NCBI GenBank assembly: GCA_030765235.1
Contig: JAVCCW010000030.1
Span: forward strand, 8,144 to 72,143
Length of the DNA stretch: 64,000 nucleotides
DNA from: Candidatus Gorgyraea atricola
Lineage (GTDB): Bacteria > Omnitrophota > Gorgyraeia > Gorgyraeales > Gorgyraeaceae
Reading direction: 5' to 3'
The notes beneath the pieces were generated by a model, which was given only the letters and a program-made list of their open reading frames with translations, made no database searches and was not told the DNA's origin. This document shows, piece by piece, positions 47,974 through 57,535 of the stretch; position 1 is the first letter of the stretch, and each line of letters opens with the position of its first letter. The position numbers were made by a program, and so were the translations under genes.

Positions 47974-48417
47974 TTATTGCACTACTGGATCATTTACGCT
48001 TGCCGGACCATTAGGATTTGCTTTTATTATGCTGGACTCATCAGAAAAAAAGTATCTCGTGCCTGTTTTTCCAGCAGAAACAGGATTGGCATTCAATGTA
48101 AAGGTCTCGCTGTCAACAAGGGCATAATTAAACGTATAGCCCTGCTTTGTGCCACTGGCAAGTATAGTATCAATGTATGGCGGAATAGAAATCGGCGGAA
48201 CAAGATCCAACATGCTAGATGGATAGGCATGCGGGTAAGAACTCGCGTAAAAGTTCTGTGCCGCAGTAACAACGGTCCTGCATGAAGCCACTGCAGCCAT
48301 CTCATTCGCATTATGCCTGGCGCGCAATACGCTAGAAATAGCCAAGGTCGCAAGCGTCATAACCACTGCGACAACTATCATTATTTCAACTAGGGTAAAC
48401 CCCTGACGCCCTTTCAT
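47974..48417 (-). CDS. type IV pilin / pseudopilin (prepilin cleavage-methylation domain)
   Basis: MKGRQG|FTLVEIMIVVAVV class III signal with Glu+5. Confidence 0.75.
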   Translation of the reverse strand: MKGRQGFTLVEIMIVVAVVMTLATLAISSVLRARHNANEMAAVASCRTVVTAAQNFYASSYPHAYPSSMLDLVPPISIPPYIDTILASGTKQGYTFNYALVDSETFTLNANPVSAGKTGTRYFFSDESSIIKANPNGPASVNDPVVQ

Positions 48418-48462
48418 TTATAACAAATCTATACTAATATAGACAAAAAGTCAATAAAAAAA

Positions 48463-48548
48463 AGTGCCACGTACTAATTTTCCATCGTACGTGGCACTAT
48501 AACAAAACAGAAAAAGTAGACCAGGTTTAAACCTGGTCTACTTTTTTA
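48463..48548 (-). terminator. tandem hairpins downstream of the major pilin gene
   Basis: AAAAAGTAGACCAGGTTTAAACCTGGTCTACTTTTTT (48511-48548) and GTGCCACGTAC-N12-GTACGTGGCAC (48463-48498), both with T-runs in the minus sense. Confidence 0.6.
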
Positions 48549-48559
48549 TTCCTTACTAA

Positions 48560-49006
48560 TTATTCTATCGGTACGCCAGCAGCATTAGTAAGTCTGATAA
48601 CACCGCTCTCATCCACGAAAAATACTCGCGTACCTGTTGTCCCGCTGACAGCTGGTGAAGCAGTGCATGTAAACTGGTTCGCGTTTACAAGTACATAGGC
48701 ATAAAAATACCCTTGCTTTGCATTCGCGGCCGCAGTTGCTCCTCCAAGTCCTCCATCGATGTATGCTGGAGTCGCTCCACTAAGCGCTGCTAAGTTAGCA
48801 GGATACGTGGGTGGCGTCTGCGCTGAACGGAAGCTCTCGCATGCAGTGCTAATGGTTCGGCTAGCTGCAATAGATGCTGCTTCGTTAGCGTTGTGCCTTG
48901 CTCGTAGCAAATTCGGTATGGCAATTGCTGCCAATAAAGATATGATTGCGACGACTATCATGATCTCTACGAGCGTGAAACCATGCCTTTCTCTTAATTT
49001 AAGCAT
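48560..49006 (-). CDS. pilA: type IV major pilin (PilA-like)
   Basis: MLKLRERHG|FTLVEIMIVVAII prepilin signal. Near-consensus sigma70 promoter and AAGGAGG RBS upstream, double hairpin downstream. Confidence 0.8.
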   Translation of the reverse strand: MLKLRERHGFTLVEIMIVVAIISLLAAIAIPNLLRARHNANEAASIAASRTISTACESFRSAQTPPTYPANLAALSGATPAYIDGGLGGATAAANAKQGYFYAYVLVNANQFTCTASPAVSGTTGTRVFFVDESGVIRLTNAAGVPIE

Positions 49007-49037
49007 ATTTCATCCTCCTTTCCTTTAGTGTGCAAAA

Positions 49038-49066
49038 AGTATATCATGCGATATGCGGTTTGTCAA
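49038..49066 (-). promoter_or_regulatory. near-consensus sigma70 promoter of the major pilin gene
   Basis: Minus strand reads TTGACA, 17-nt spacer, TATACT, then AAGGAGG and ATG of the pilin at 49006. Confidence 0.6.
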
Positions 49067-49077
49067 GGCAGGGTCGG

Positions 49078-49095
49078 CCTCCGCAACCCCGGAGG
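49078..49095 (-). terminator. short hairpin after the 1062-aa gene, upstream of the pilin promoter
   Basis: CCTCCG-CAACCC-CGGAGG; shares the GCAACCCCGGAGGTT core with 52476-52524. Confidence 0.35.
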
Positions 49096-49202
49096 TTCTT
49101 TATATATTAGACACATTTGGGAGGGTGGTTTCTTTCAAATTTTTTTGAAATATTTATAAGGAGGGTTAAAAATGTGAAATGTGTAGGCCTACTTCTAGAT
49201 AC

Positions 49203-52200
49203 CTAGATATTATGTATAAAACCTTTTGCTCTCTTGAGAATTTCGGGTATAAAAGGTACCCCGATAATAAAACTACGCATCATCTTGTTCTCAGGTTTAT
49301 TTCTAATTCTAATCATGTCGCCGTTTTTGTCTTTAATAATGTAATCTATAATATATAGGCCGCGTTTCGTTTTCTGTCCTTGATTATTTAAGCCGTTCCA
49401 TTTTAATCTATATTTACCAACACCTTTTGACAAGTTATTAAAACTTCTGACTTCTTTGCCTTCTATATTATAAATCCTTATCTCTAGGCTTTCAATAGAC
49501 TCATCTATGCTATAAGGGATAGTAGTCCTATTAGTAAACGGATTAGGGCGGTTCTGCTCAAGACTTATTGGCTGTTCAGTTGGGTCTATCTCAGCAAGGC
49601 GCCTATGGTCTTTTACTGAAGTGTCTATGGATTCTCCACCTCCTGGCTTAAAAGGATTAAGGCCTTTTTCTACAAGATTCAACCAAGAACCTGCGGCAGT
49701 ATGCTCTACACCTTCAGGAGGAACAATCCAACCATGCTTAGTGTACACAAGTCCTAATTCAGCATATAAGACTGCAAGCATATTATCTCTTTCGACAACA
49801 AGACGAGTATCAGGAGAAGTAACTATGCCATCATAAAGCTCTCCAGCCCATCGCATTAATTCTGTACGCCAAGCATCTGCATTAGCAGGATCTACATTAG
49901 GGTTCTTCCTATAATATGTCGCTGCATCCCTGCATGCAAGGATCATAAATATAGACCATTCTGCAGATCTATTATTTCGTGTATCACTATAATCAACGCC
50001 TGTTAGATTCCCATCTGCATCAAGAATACCAGCCTTATACATTGCGTTTTCTATTATCTTGAAGGTTTCGCCTGGGCCTCCTAAATTATCATCAATCCAT
50101 TTAGGGCCCTTAGACAAAGAAGCCCATAACTGGACATCTGTAGCAAAAACCTCATCCTTGGTCCATGTCTGGCTACCAATGTCAAAACTGGCACCTCGAC
50201 AAAATTCATGCTTACTCGAATCATGTGACCAGCTAAGAAACTCATCTATCCACTGTATGCCTTGTGACAATTTTATTTCCTTACCGTCATGTAAGGTTTC
50301 ATCGTATCCGCCAATAAGTTCATGATACTGCTCGTAAAAGTTAAGCATTGACTGATTATTCTCTAAAGATGCTGTATTATTAAAATGATCCATGCCAAGC
50401 CAATGATATGTACCTCTTGGCGCCATAGGAACAGGTTTTAAATCTGCACCCTGATTTTCTTTATCCTTTTGAAGTATCAATGATGCGCGCAAAATCTCTT
50501 CAGCTAATTGTGCTCGAACATCATTCTTCCAATCAATTTGATTCTTAAAGTCTGCTCCATGCTCTAACACCAGGCTCTGTAAACACATAATCCCTATCCA
50601 TGCAGCCTCACCTGCTATTGGCTGCCATTGACTCCAGGTGATATCCCTGCCTTTATATGTTATGATATACCTCTCGCTTATAAATTTAAAAGGCCATCCC
50701 CTTGTTCTTTTATTATTATTATCCTTGCCTATTACTGTGGGGTCGTTTTCGTAATAATTAAATGGATTTGCATAATCATTTGGACCGCCCCAATTACCGC
50801 GTATATTACTTAACCCGCCTGTCCTGCCTGACCAATAAACATCTGCTATTCTCTTAGTCCTTTCAATAAAGTCCTGGTCACTTTCATCCTTTCCATGTTT
50901 AGCAAGGGCCATGCCAGCTAGTGCCTGATCATAGCCTAAAATACCATGTATTAAAATCTGCAGCATATGATCGTCTACTGCTTGATCATAGATACTCTCA
51001 TTTTCGCCTGGAACATTTAATGTCTTGATAAGCCTTTGTGCCTCATCCGGGGCATCGGGCCAACCCATAATCCCTATGTACAGCTTAGCTCTTACATTCT
51101 CAATCCAGTTTATTATTCTTTCGGCATATCCCTGAACTACCGGTGGTTTGTGAAGTTCATCTATCTCTTGTACCTGCTCCCTGATTTGCTTTACCCTCGG
51201 AACTAAATATTCAGCTATTCCCGCTTGTTCCTGGTTAACCTCATCAAGAGCACCCTCAAGTGCATCCATGTCTAAATCTTTCTTTAGGCCCCAGAATGTC
51301 AACAACACCGCATCATATCCAGTTTCTCCTATATCGCTCAATACACTCTTTAATGTGTCTTTATCGCCAAACAACTTCTTTACCCTGCGCAATTCCCTGA
51401 ATCCATTTTTCAGATCACTTGTTATTTTCTTTTTAACCCTCTCTCTTGCAGGATTCGTCATGCTTTTGCGCTCTCTTCCGCATGTAAGATTACTCAAATC
51501 TATAGGAATCATATAGTACCTTGCCTTATTAAATATGGCGGTAAGCTTCCCTATGTTTTCTTTGGCAAGATTAATCTTTTGCTCCGCAGTCATGGGCTCT
51601 TGAGGAGCACTAGCTGTAAGAGTTGAAGCGGGATTAAGAGCTATTGCAGCAGTAAAAAGTCCTGTAATTTTTAAAAATGTCTTCCTATCTATTCCTGGCA
51701 TTCCAGCTGTCATTGTAAACTGGCCGCCACGGAAATAATATATCGCAATAAGGGCCTGAAGGCTCCGAAAATTGTCTTTCTTGAGAAGCTTTATTAAATC
51801 ACTATCTGAATACTCCCCTTCAGGATCTCCCATCTGTATTACAGCGCTAGTATCAAGATCATCAATTCCTTTATTTAGCTTATAAAGAATTTTTTCTATG
51901 TCATCTAGCTTGAAAACAATCTTCTGGCCCGAGAGTACTGCACTAGGTAAAGTTACGCCTTGAACAATTATCTCGTCTGTCTCTCCAGATGCTTTATGAA
52001 ACTCTAGAGGATCTGTATAAAGCAACAAAATATCCTCTCCCTTAAAACCTAAAACGAATTTTTTGCTTTTAATGCCTTTGATTGCCTGAGCCTTAGTAAT
52101 ATGCACTGTGGACTTATTTGCTAAGAGAATTGGGATCTTAGTCTCTTTTGAGTTTTCAATAGAAGCTAAAGCAGTCTCTTCATTAATAGCAATACCTTGC

Positions 52201-52391
52201 ACATCATAATTAGTCCTATAGAATTCACCTAAAGCTGTTAAGTTAAAACGGTCTTTTCCTTCTTCTGTCTGGAGTTGCGACTGGAGTCTTAGTATATCAG
52301 ATGAGGCATACAAGGTGTGGCTGGATAGAAACGTTGCGAGGAGTATGAAACTAATTAACCTGATTGTCAGACCTTTTTTAAATTTAAGCAT
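49203..52391 (-). CDS. large secreted protein (1062 aa) with C-terminal FlgD-Ig/T9SS-like beta-sandwich sorting-type domain
   Basis: N-terminal signal peptide. C-terminal NRPNPFTNRTTIPYSI...LEIRIYNIEGKEV...GKYRLKWNGLNNQG resembles Por-secretion-tail/FlgD-Ig domains; central region unassigned. Confidence 0.5.
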   Translation of the reverse strand: MLKFKKGLTIRLISFILLATFLSSHTLYASSDILRLQSQLQTEEGKDRFNLTALGEFYRTNYDVQGIAINEETALASIENSKETKIPILLANKSTVHITKAQAIKGIKSKKFVLGFKGEDILLLYTDPLEFHKASGETDEIIVQGVTLPSAVLSGQKIVFKLDDIEKILYKLNKGIDDLDTSAVIQMGDPEGEYSDSDLIKLLKKDNFRSLQALIAIYYFRGGQFTMTAGMPGIDRKTFLKITGLFTAAIALNPASTLTASAPQEPMTAEQKINLAKENIGKLTAIFNKARYYMIPIDLSNLTCGRERKSMTNPARERVKKKITSDLKNGFRELRRVKKLFGDKDTLKSVLSDIGETGYDAVLLTFWGLKKDLDMDALEGALDEVNQEQAGIAEYLVPRVKQIREQVQEIDELHKPPVVQGYAERIINWIENVRAKLYIGIMGWPDAPDEAQRLIKTLNVPGENESIYDQAVDDHMLQILIHGILGYDQALAGMALAKHGKDESDQDFIERTKRIADVYWSGRTGGLSNIRGNWGGPNDYANPFNYYENDPTVIGKDNNNKRTRGWPFKFISERYIITYKGRDITWSQWQPIAGEAAWIGIMCLQSLVLEHGADFKNQIDWKNDVRAQLAEEILRASLILQKDKENQGADLKPVPMAPRGTYHWLGMDHFNNTASLENNQSMLNFYEQYHELIGGYDETLHDGKEIKLSQGIQWIDEFLSWSHDSSKHEFCRGASFDIGSQTWTKDEVFATDVQLWASLSKGPKWIDDNLGGPGETFKIIENAMYKAGILDADGNLTGVDYSDTRNNRSAEWSIFMILACRDAATYYRKNPNVDPANADAWRTELMRWAGELYDGIVTSPDTRLVVERDNMLAVLYAELGLVYTKHGWIVPPEGVEHTAAGSWLNLVEKGLNPFKPGGGESIDTSVKDHRRLAEIDPTEQPISLEQNRPNPFTNRTTIPYSIDESIESLEIRIYNIEGKEVRSFNNLSKGVGKYRLKWNGLNNQGQKTKRGLYIIDYIIKDKNGDMIRIRNKPENKMMRSFIIGVPFIPEILKRAKGFIHNI

Positions 52392-52475
52392 ATTCTAGAC
52401 AAAAAAATAGCTCTATTTGTACTATAATTATACCATAACTTTACATTTAAAGCAAGACCTAAAATGTAAAGGACC

Positions 52476-52524
52476 CCCCGCAACCCCGGAGGTTGCCAGC
52501 ACGGCAACCTCCGGGGTTGCGGGG
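52476..52524 (-). terminator. GC-rich hairpin downstream of pilC
   Basis: CCCCGCAACCCCGGAGGTTGCC-AGCAC-GGCAACCTCCGGGGTTGCGGGG perfect inverted repeat. Confidence 0.5.
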
Positions 52525-52534
52525 TAGGAGAGGA

Positions 52535-53737
52535 TTAATGTGCGAGGATCTCTGTCATCTTGAATACTGGCAGGAACATGGCTATTACTATGCCGCCTAT
52601 CACTACACCTAGAACGGCTATTATAAGCGGCTCTATGAGGCTGGTCAATCCACTCACAGCAGCATCCACCTGGTCATCGTAAAAATCCGCGATCTTCCCG
52701 AGCATCTTTTCGAGTTCGCCTGTCTGCTCGCCTACATTTATCATCCTCACCACCATAGGAGGAAAAACGCCGCTTTTCGCGAGCGGATCAGCTATATTCT
52801 GTCCCTCTTTTATACTCTTGCGAACATCTTCAAGCGCTTTTTCTATTACCGCATTCCCTGAGGTCTTCGCTACTATCTCGAGTGAAACCAGTATCGGCAC
52901 CCCGCTCTTCACAAGTGTCGCGAGCGTTCTTGTAAACTTCGCAACTGCCACCTTTCTCAAGAGTGTACCCAGGATCGGTAGTTTCAAAGTAATACTGTCA
53001 AACACCATTTTGCCCTGTGAAGTCTTAAAATATCTCGCCAGCGCAAAACCAACCACGCCAAGAACAGCGACGACATACAAGAACATACTGCGCAATGTAT
53101 CGCTGACAAGGATCAAGATCCTTGTCGGGAGAGGCAGCGTGCCTCCCAGCGTCGCAAATATGCCCTTGAATGTGGGAATGACCTTTAGGAGCATGACAAG
53201 CGTTATAAGCATTGCCATAGTGACCACCACTGCGGGATAGATCAGGCTGGACTGCACCTTTCTCTGTAAGGCGCTTGCCTTTTCTAAATAACTGGCGAGC
53301 CGATCCAGAATATCATCCAACGCGCCGCTTGATTCACCGGCCTTGACCATATTTATATAAAGGGGTGAAAAAACAGCTGAGTGTTTCAAAAGCGAGTCTG
53401 AAAAACTAGCCCCTGCCTCTATGTCATCCCTGATAGTCGCCACGATGTTTTTAAAGTGCGGCTTTTCTATCTGGTCATATAAAATATCCATGGCCTGTAC
53501 AAGCGGTATTCCGCTATCTACCATTGTGGCCAGCTGCCGGGAAAATATGACGATCTCCTCGAGCTTTACGCCTCTGGAGCTAAAAGGAGCTGTTCTCTTT
53601 TTGGTCTCATTTATAGAGACTATGGTAAGGCCTTTTCTGCGGAGCGCGTCCATTAACACAGCCTTGTCAGAATATTCTAAGGTACCGCTTACTGTCTTGC
53701 CTGTATTTTCTTTTGCAACATATCTAAACGTCGGCAT
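52535..53737 (-). CDS. pilC: type IV pilus inner-membrane platform protein
   Basis: Two T2SS-F domains, 400 aa, 3 TM segments. Confidence 0.85.
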   Translation of the reverse strand: MPTFRYVAKENTGKTVSGTLEYSDKAVLMDALRRKGLTIVSINETKKRTAPFSSRGVKLEEIVIFSRQLATMVDSGIPLVQAMDILYDQIEKPHFKNIVATIRDDIEAGASFSDSLLKHSAVFSPLYINMVKAGESSGALDDILDRLASYLEKASALQRKVQSSLIYPAVVVTMAMLITLVMLLKVIPTFKGIFATLGGTLPLPTRILILVSDTLRSMFLYVVAVLGVVGFALARYFKTSQGKMVFDSITLKLPILGTLLRKVAVAKFTRTLATLVKSGVPILVSLEIVAKTSGNAVIEKALEDVRKSIKEGQNIADPLAKSGVFPPMVVRMINVGEQTGELEKMLGKIADFYDDQVDAAVSGLTSLIEPLIIAVLGVVIGGIVIAMFLPVFKMTEILAH

Positions 53738-53739
53738 GT

Positions 53740-55371
53740 TTAATCCTCCGATGTAACTCTCGAAACCTCTTCCATGGTAGTGACCCCGTCTTTATATTTC
53801 TCCATCGCATCATCTCTAAGCGTCTTCATTCCTTTAGAAATAGCGTATTCCCTTATATCATCTGTCGAGGCCTTTCCTATGATCATTTCCCGCATCTTAT
53901 CATCTACGCTCAAGACTTCCAGTATAGCACACCTTCCGTAATAGCCAGTGCCTGAACACTTTTTGCAAGTTTCTTTTTTTCCTTTACAGTCTGGGCAAAT
54001 TACCCTGCATAATCTCTGCGCTGCCACCAATATCACTGACGAGGCGATCAAAAAAGGCTCGACACCCATATCCATAAGTCGGTTAACAGCTGTTGGCGCG
54101 TCATTGGTGTGGAGTGTACTCAAGACAAGCTGGCCTGTCAACGACGCCTTTATTGCTATATCAGCAGTTTCAGAATCGCGTATCTCTCCGATCATTATCA
54201 CATCAGGGCTCTGTCTTAAAAGAGACCGTAGCCCACTCGCAAAATTAAGGCCTATATCTGAATTCGCCTGCATCTGAGTTATACCCTCGACCTGATATTC
54301 CACAGGGTCTTCTATTGTTATAATATTTTTGTCCGGCGTATTTAACTGACTTATTACGGAATAGAGTGTGGTGGATTTACCGCTGCCTGTCGGACCAGTT
54401 ACCAGTATCATGCCAAAGGGTTTAGCGACTGCCTTTTCGAATCTCGTCAGGGCATATTTTGAAAAACCTAATTTATTAAGTCCTATAGAAAGACTGGATT
54501 TATCAAGCGCCCTCAATACTATCTTGCTTCCAAATGATGTAGGCAAGGCCGAGACCCTGAAATCTACTTCTTTGTTCCGTGTACGTATCTTAAACCTGCC
54601 GTCCTGAGGCGTGCGCGATTCTGTTATATCCATACCTGACATGATCTTAAGCCTTGCCAGGATCGCATTTTGATTTTTCTTGGGGATCTTAAGTACGTCA
54701 TGAAGATTGCCGTCGATCCTGTATCTGACCCGCAGATCATCTTCTTCTGGCTCAACATGAATATCTGACGCCCTTTTCTTTAATGCCTCCACAAGGATCA
54801 GATCCACCATCTTTACGATCGGAGGCGCCTCTCCCTCAAGGGCCGCATCAGTTATATCAAACTCTTCTTTTATAGCGCCTATTACTTCGACATCACCATC
54901 TTCGGCGTCTTTAATAATATCCGATAGCGTCCTTCCCTCTGAGGCGTAAAACTTATCTATTGCCTGGAATATCTCTGTCTCTGTGCTCAAGACTGGTTCT
55001 ACATTGCACTTTGTGATCATCTTTAAATCGTCTATTGCAAATATATTCAGCGGATCGACCATGGCCACAACAAGTGTTGTGGAAAATTTACATATGGCAA
55101 TTGCCCTGTATTGCCTTGCCACCTTTTCAGGTATAAGGGGAACAGACTCCTTTTCTACTTTATATTTCGAGAGATTTATGGCGGGGATACTAAAAGTGCT
55201 GCTCATGACAACCAGCAAGTCCTTTTCGCTTACCAATCCTTCCTTAAGAAGTATCTCAGGCAAACTCCCGCCTTCCCTTGCCTGCTTTTCCCTAACGCGC
55301 TTAAGGTCTTTCTCTGAGATAAGCTTGTTTTTAATCAGGACCTGACTTAATTTATAGTGTGTGGTTGCCAT
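53740..55371 (-). CDS. pilB: type IV pilus assembly ATPase PilB/GspE family (copy 1)
   Basis: T2SSE_N domain, Walker A GPTGSGKSTT, Asp/His boxes, tetracysteine CPDC...CKKC. Confidence 0.85.
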   Translation of the reverse strand: MATTHYKLSQVLIKNKLISEKDLKRVREKQAREGGSLPEILLKEGLVSEKDLLVVMSSTFSIPAINLSKYKVEKESVPLIPEKVARQYRAIAICKFSTTLVVAMVDPLNIFAIDDLKMITKCNVEPVLSTETEIFQAIDKFYASEGRTLSDIIKDAEDGDVEVIGAIKEEFDITDAALEGEAPPIVKMVDLILVEALKKRASDIHVEPEEDDLRVRYRIDGNLHDVLKIPKKNQNAILARLKIMSGMDITESRTPQDGRFKIRTRNKEVDFRVSALPTSFGSKIVLRALDKSSLSIGLNKLGFSKYALTRFEKAVAKPFGMILVTGPTGSGKSTTLYSVISQLNTPDKNIITIEDPVEYQVEGITQMQANSDIGLNFASGLRSLLRQSPDVIMIGEIRDSETADIAIKASLTGQLVLSTLHTNDAPTAVNRLMDMGVEPFLIASSVILVAAQRLCRVICPDCKGKKETCKKCSGTGYYGRCAILEVLSVDDKMREMIIGKASTDDIREYAISKGMKTLRDDAMEKYKDGVTTMEEVSRVTSED

Positions 55372-55379
55372 ATTTCGTT

Positions 55380-57095
55380 TTATTCATCCGCTACAGTAAC
55401 TCTTAATATCTCTTCTAAGCTGGTAACGCCTTCGAGCACTTTTATAAGGCCGTCTTCTCTGAGTGTCCGCATGCCTTCTTTTCTTGCCTGGTTTTTCATC
55501 TCACTTTCCCGTACATTTTTCAAAATCATATTTTTTATCGACGGGCTCATGGTCAGGATTTCGCATATGCCCAACCTTCCGCTATATCCTGTGTTAAAAC
55601 AGTGCTCGCATCCCTTTGGCCTGTAAAGAGTCGAGTTCTTTGACTTATCCTTACCAATGCGCAGGTCAGCAATAATCGCATCACTTGGCTTATAAGATTC
55701 TTTGCACTTTGGACATAACTTACGGATCAATCTTTGGGCAACTATAGATATTAAAGAGGCGCTTATAAGAAAAGGCTCTACGCCCATATTTATAAGCCTC
55801 ACTACTGAACCACACGCGGTTGTCGTGTGTAATGTTGAAAAAACAAGATGTCCCGTAAGCGCAGACTTTATAGCGATGTCCACTGTATCAAAATCCCTTA
55901 TCTCTCCTATCATTATCACATCAGGATCCTGCCTCAAGATAGAGCGCAATGAACTTGCGAACGTAAGGCCTACTTCAGTCCTTACCGTGACCTGATTCAC
56001 ACCCTGGATCTGGTACTCAACAGGATCTTCAACTGTTATAAGATTTTTCTCAGAAGAGTGGACATGTTTCAATAATGAATAAAGCGTGGTGGTCTTTCCA
56101 CTGCCTGTAGGCCCGCACACCAGTATCATTCCATGAGGATGGGACGCTGATTTTTTAAACACTGCTACATTATTTTTTTCAAAGCCGAGTTTTTCAATAT
56201 CCAGCATAGCGCTAGACTTATCCAGCACCCTGAGCGCCACCTTTTCGCCTTTAGAGGAAGGTAAGATAGAGACCCTGAAATCCACTTCATTATCCTTTAC
56301 CCTTAATTTGAAACGGCCGTCCTGAGGAAGCCTGCGCTCAGCAATATTCAGTCGAGACATGACCTTTATCCTTGAGACAATAGACTCATGCCTGCTCTTT
56401 GGCAAAGACTCTATTGTCTTAAGCACTCCGTCTACCCTGTATCGTATGCGCAGAGATTTTTCCATTGGCTCTATCAGGATGTCGCTCGATCGCGCCTTTA
56501 TACCATTTTCAAGGATCGTGTTTGTCAATCTCACAACAGGCGCCTCTTCTACTAATTTATAGAGGCGTGCGGAATCAACTTCCTCTTCAGCCTCTGCCCT
56601 GATGATCTCAAGGTCTGCAATTTTCATGTCCTCCATCAGGTCTTCTATTGCTGCATGAGAATATCCGCCATAATGCTCTGCTATTACATCCTGTACTTCT
56701 TTCTGTGACGCGATAATAGTGCCTGTCTCGAATCCTGTAAGCGAACGGATATCATCTATCGCAAATACGTTCAGGGGGTCAGCCGTTGCTATCGTAAGGA
56801 TATTTCCTACTTTAGAGACAGGGACGATCTGATATTTTTTCGCTATATCAGCTGGCACTAGCTTCAATATCTCAGGATCGATTTTAAAACGGGAGAGTGC
56901 TATGGGTGGAATGCCTAAGCCCTGACTTAAGGCTGCCATTAGATCTCTTTCGCTCGCAAATCCAAGATTAACAAGAACATCCTTTAGCAAGCCGCCCTTC
57001 TGCTTCTGGACCTTCAAGGCCTTTTTTAGCTGGGCGTCAGTGATGACCTTGTTTTTTATCAATATCTCAGTAATGCGTTCTTTGAGAGAATACAT
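55380..57095 (-). CDS. pilB: type IV pilus assembly ATPase PilB/GspE family (copy 2)
   Basis: T2SSE_N domain, Walker A GPTGSGKTTT, tetracysteine CPKC...CEHC, 571 aa. Confidence 0.85.
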   Translation of the reverse strand: MYSLKERITEILIKNKVITDAQLKKALKVQKQKGGLLKDVLVNLGFASERDLMAALSQGLGIPPIALSRFKIDPEILKLVPADIAKKYQIVPVSKVGNILTIATADPLNVFAIDDIRSLTGFETGTIIASQKEVQDVIAEHYGGYSHAAIEDLMEDMKIADLEIIRAEAEEEVDSARLYKLVEEAPVVRLTNTILENGIKARSSDILIEPMEKSLRIRYRVDGVLKTIESLPKSRHESIVSRIKVMSRLNIAERRLPQDGRFKLRVKDNEVDFRVSILPSSKGEKVALRVLDKSSAMLDIEKLGFEKNNVAVFKKSASHPHGMILVCGPTGSGKTTTLYSLLKHVHSSEKNLITVEDPVEYQIQGVNQVTVRTEVGLTFASSLRSILRQDPDVIMIGEIRDFDTVDIAIKSALTGHLVFSTLHTTTACGSVVRLINMGVEPFLISASLISIVAQRLIRKLCPKCKESYKPSDAIIADLRIGKDKSKNSTLYRPKGCEHCFNTGYSGRLGICEILTMSPSIKNMILKNVRESEMKNQARKEGMRTLREDGLIKVLEGVTSLEEILRVTVADE

Positions 57096-57097
57096 AG

Positions 57098-57535
57098 CTA
57101 TTTATAATGATTATTTATTGCGTTCTTGATATCCGTCGCTGTGCTTACAAAAATTTGGACGCACAGACCTGAAACAAGCTCTATGTCTTCTATTGCGAGA
57201 CTGTTCAAAGGGTTTGACATCGCTATTGTAAGATTATTGCCGATCTTATCCACGGGAATGAGACAAAACTGCGTAGCCACATTCTTTGGCACGATCTTAA
57301 CGATCTCAGAATCTATATCATAATTATCGAGCGGCAGGTAAGGGAATCCGTATTGCGCGGTCAAGGCCTGCGCAATAGCTTCTTCAGTCGCATATTTCAG
57401 ACCCACAAGGACTTGGCCAATGAGCCCGCCCTTTGTTTTTTGCACCTCAAGCGCATGCTGAAGCTGCTTTTTATTGATAATTCCTCTTTCAATAAGAAGC
57501 TCTCCTAATTTTTTCTTAATGATCTTTTTCGCCAT
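57098..57535 (-). CDS. stand-alone T2SSE_N / MshEN-like domain protein (putative c-di-GMP receptor)
   Basis: 145 aa carrying two tandem 24-residue MshEN-like motifs, KLGELLIERGIINKKQLQHALEVQ and LIGQVLVGLKYATEEAIAQALTAQ. Confidence 0.65.
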   Translation of the reverse strand: MAKKIIKKKLGELLIERGIINKKQLQHALEVQKTKGGLIGQVLVGLKYATEEAIAQALTAQYGFPYLPLDNYDIDSEIVKIVPKNVATQFCLIPVDKIGNNLTIAMSNPLNSLAIEDIELVSGLCVQIFVSTATDIKNAINNHYK

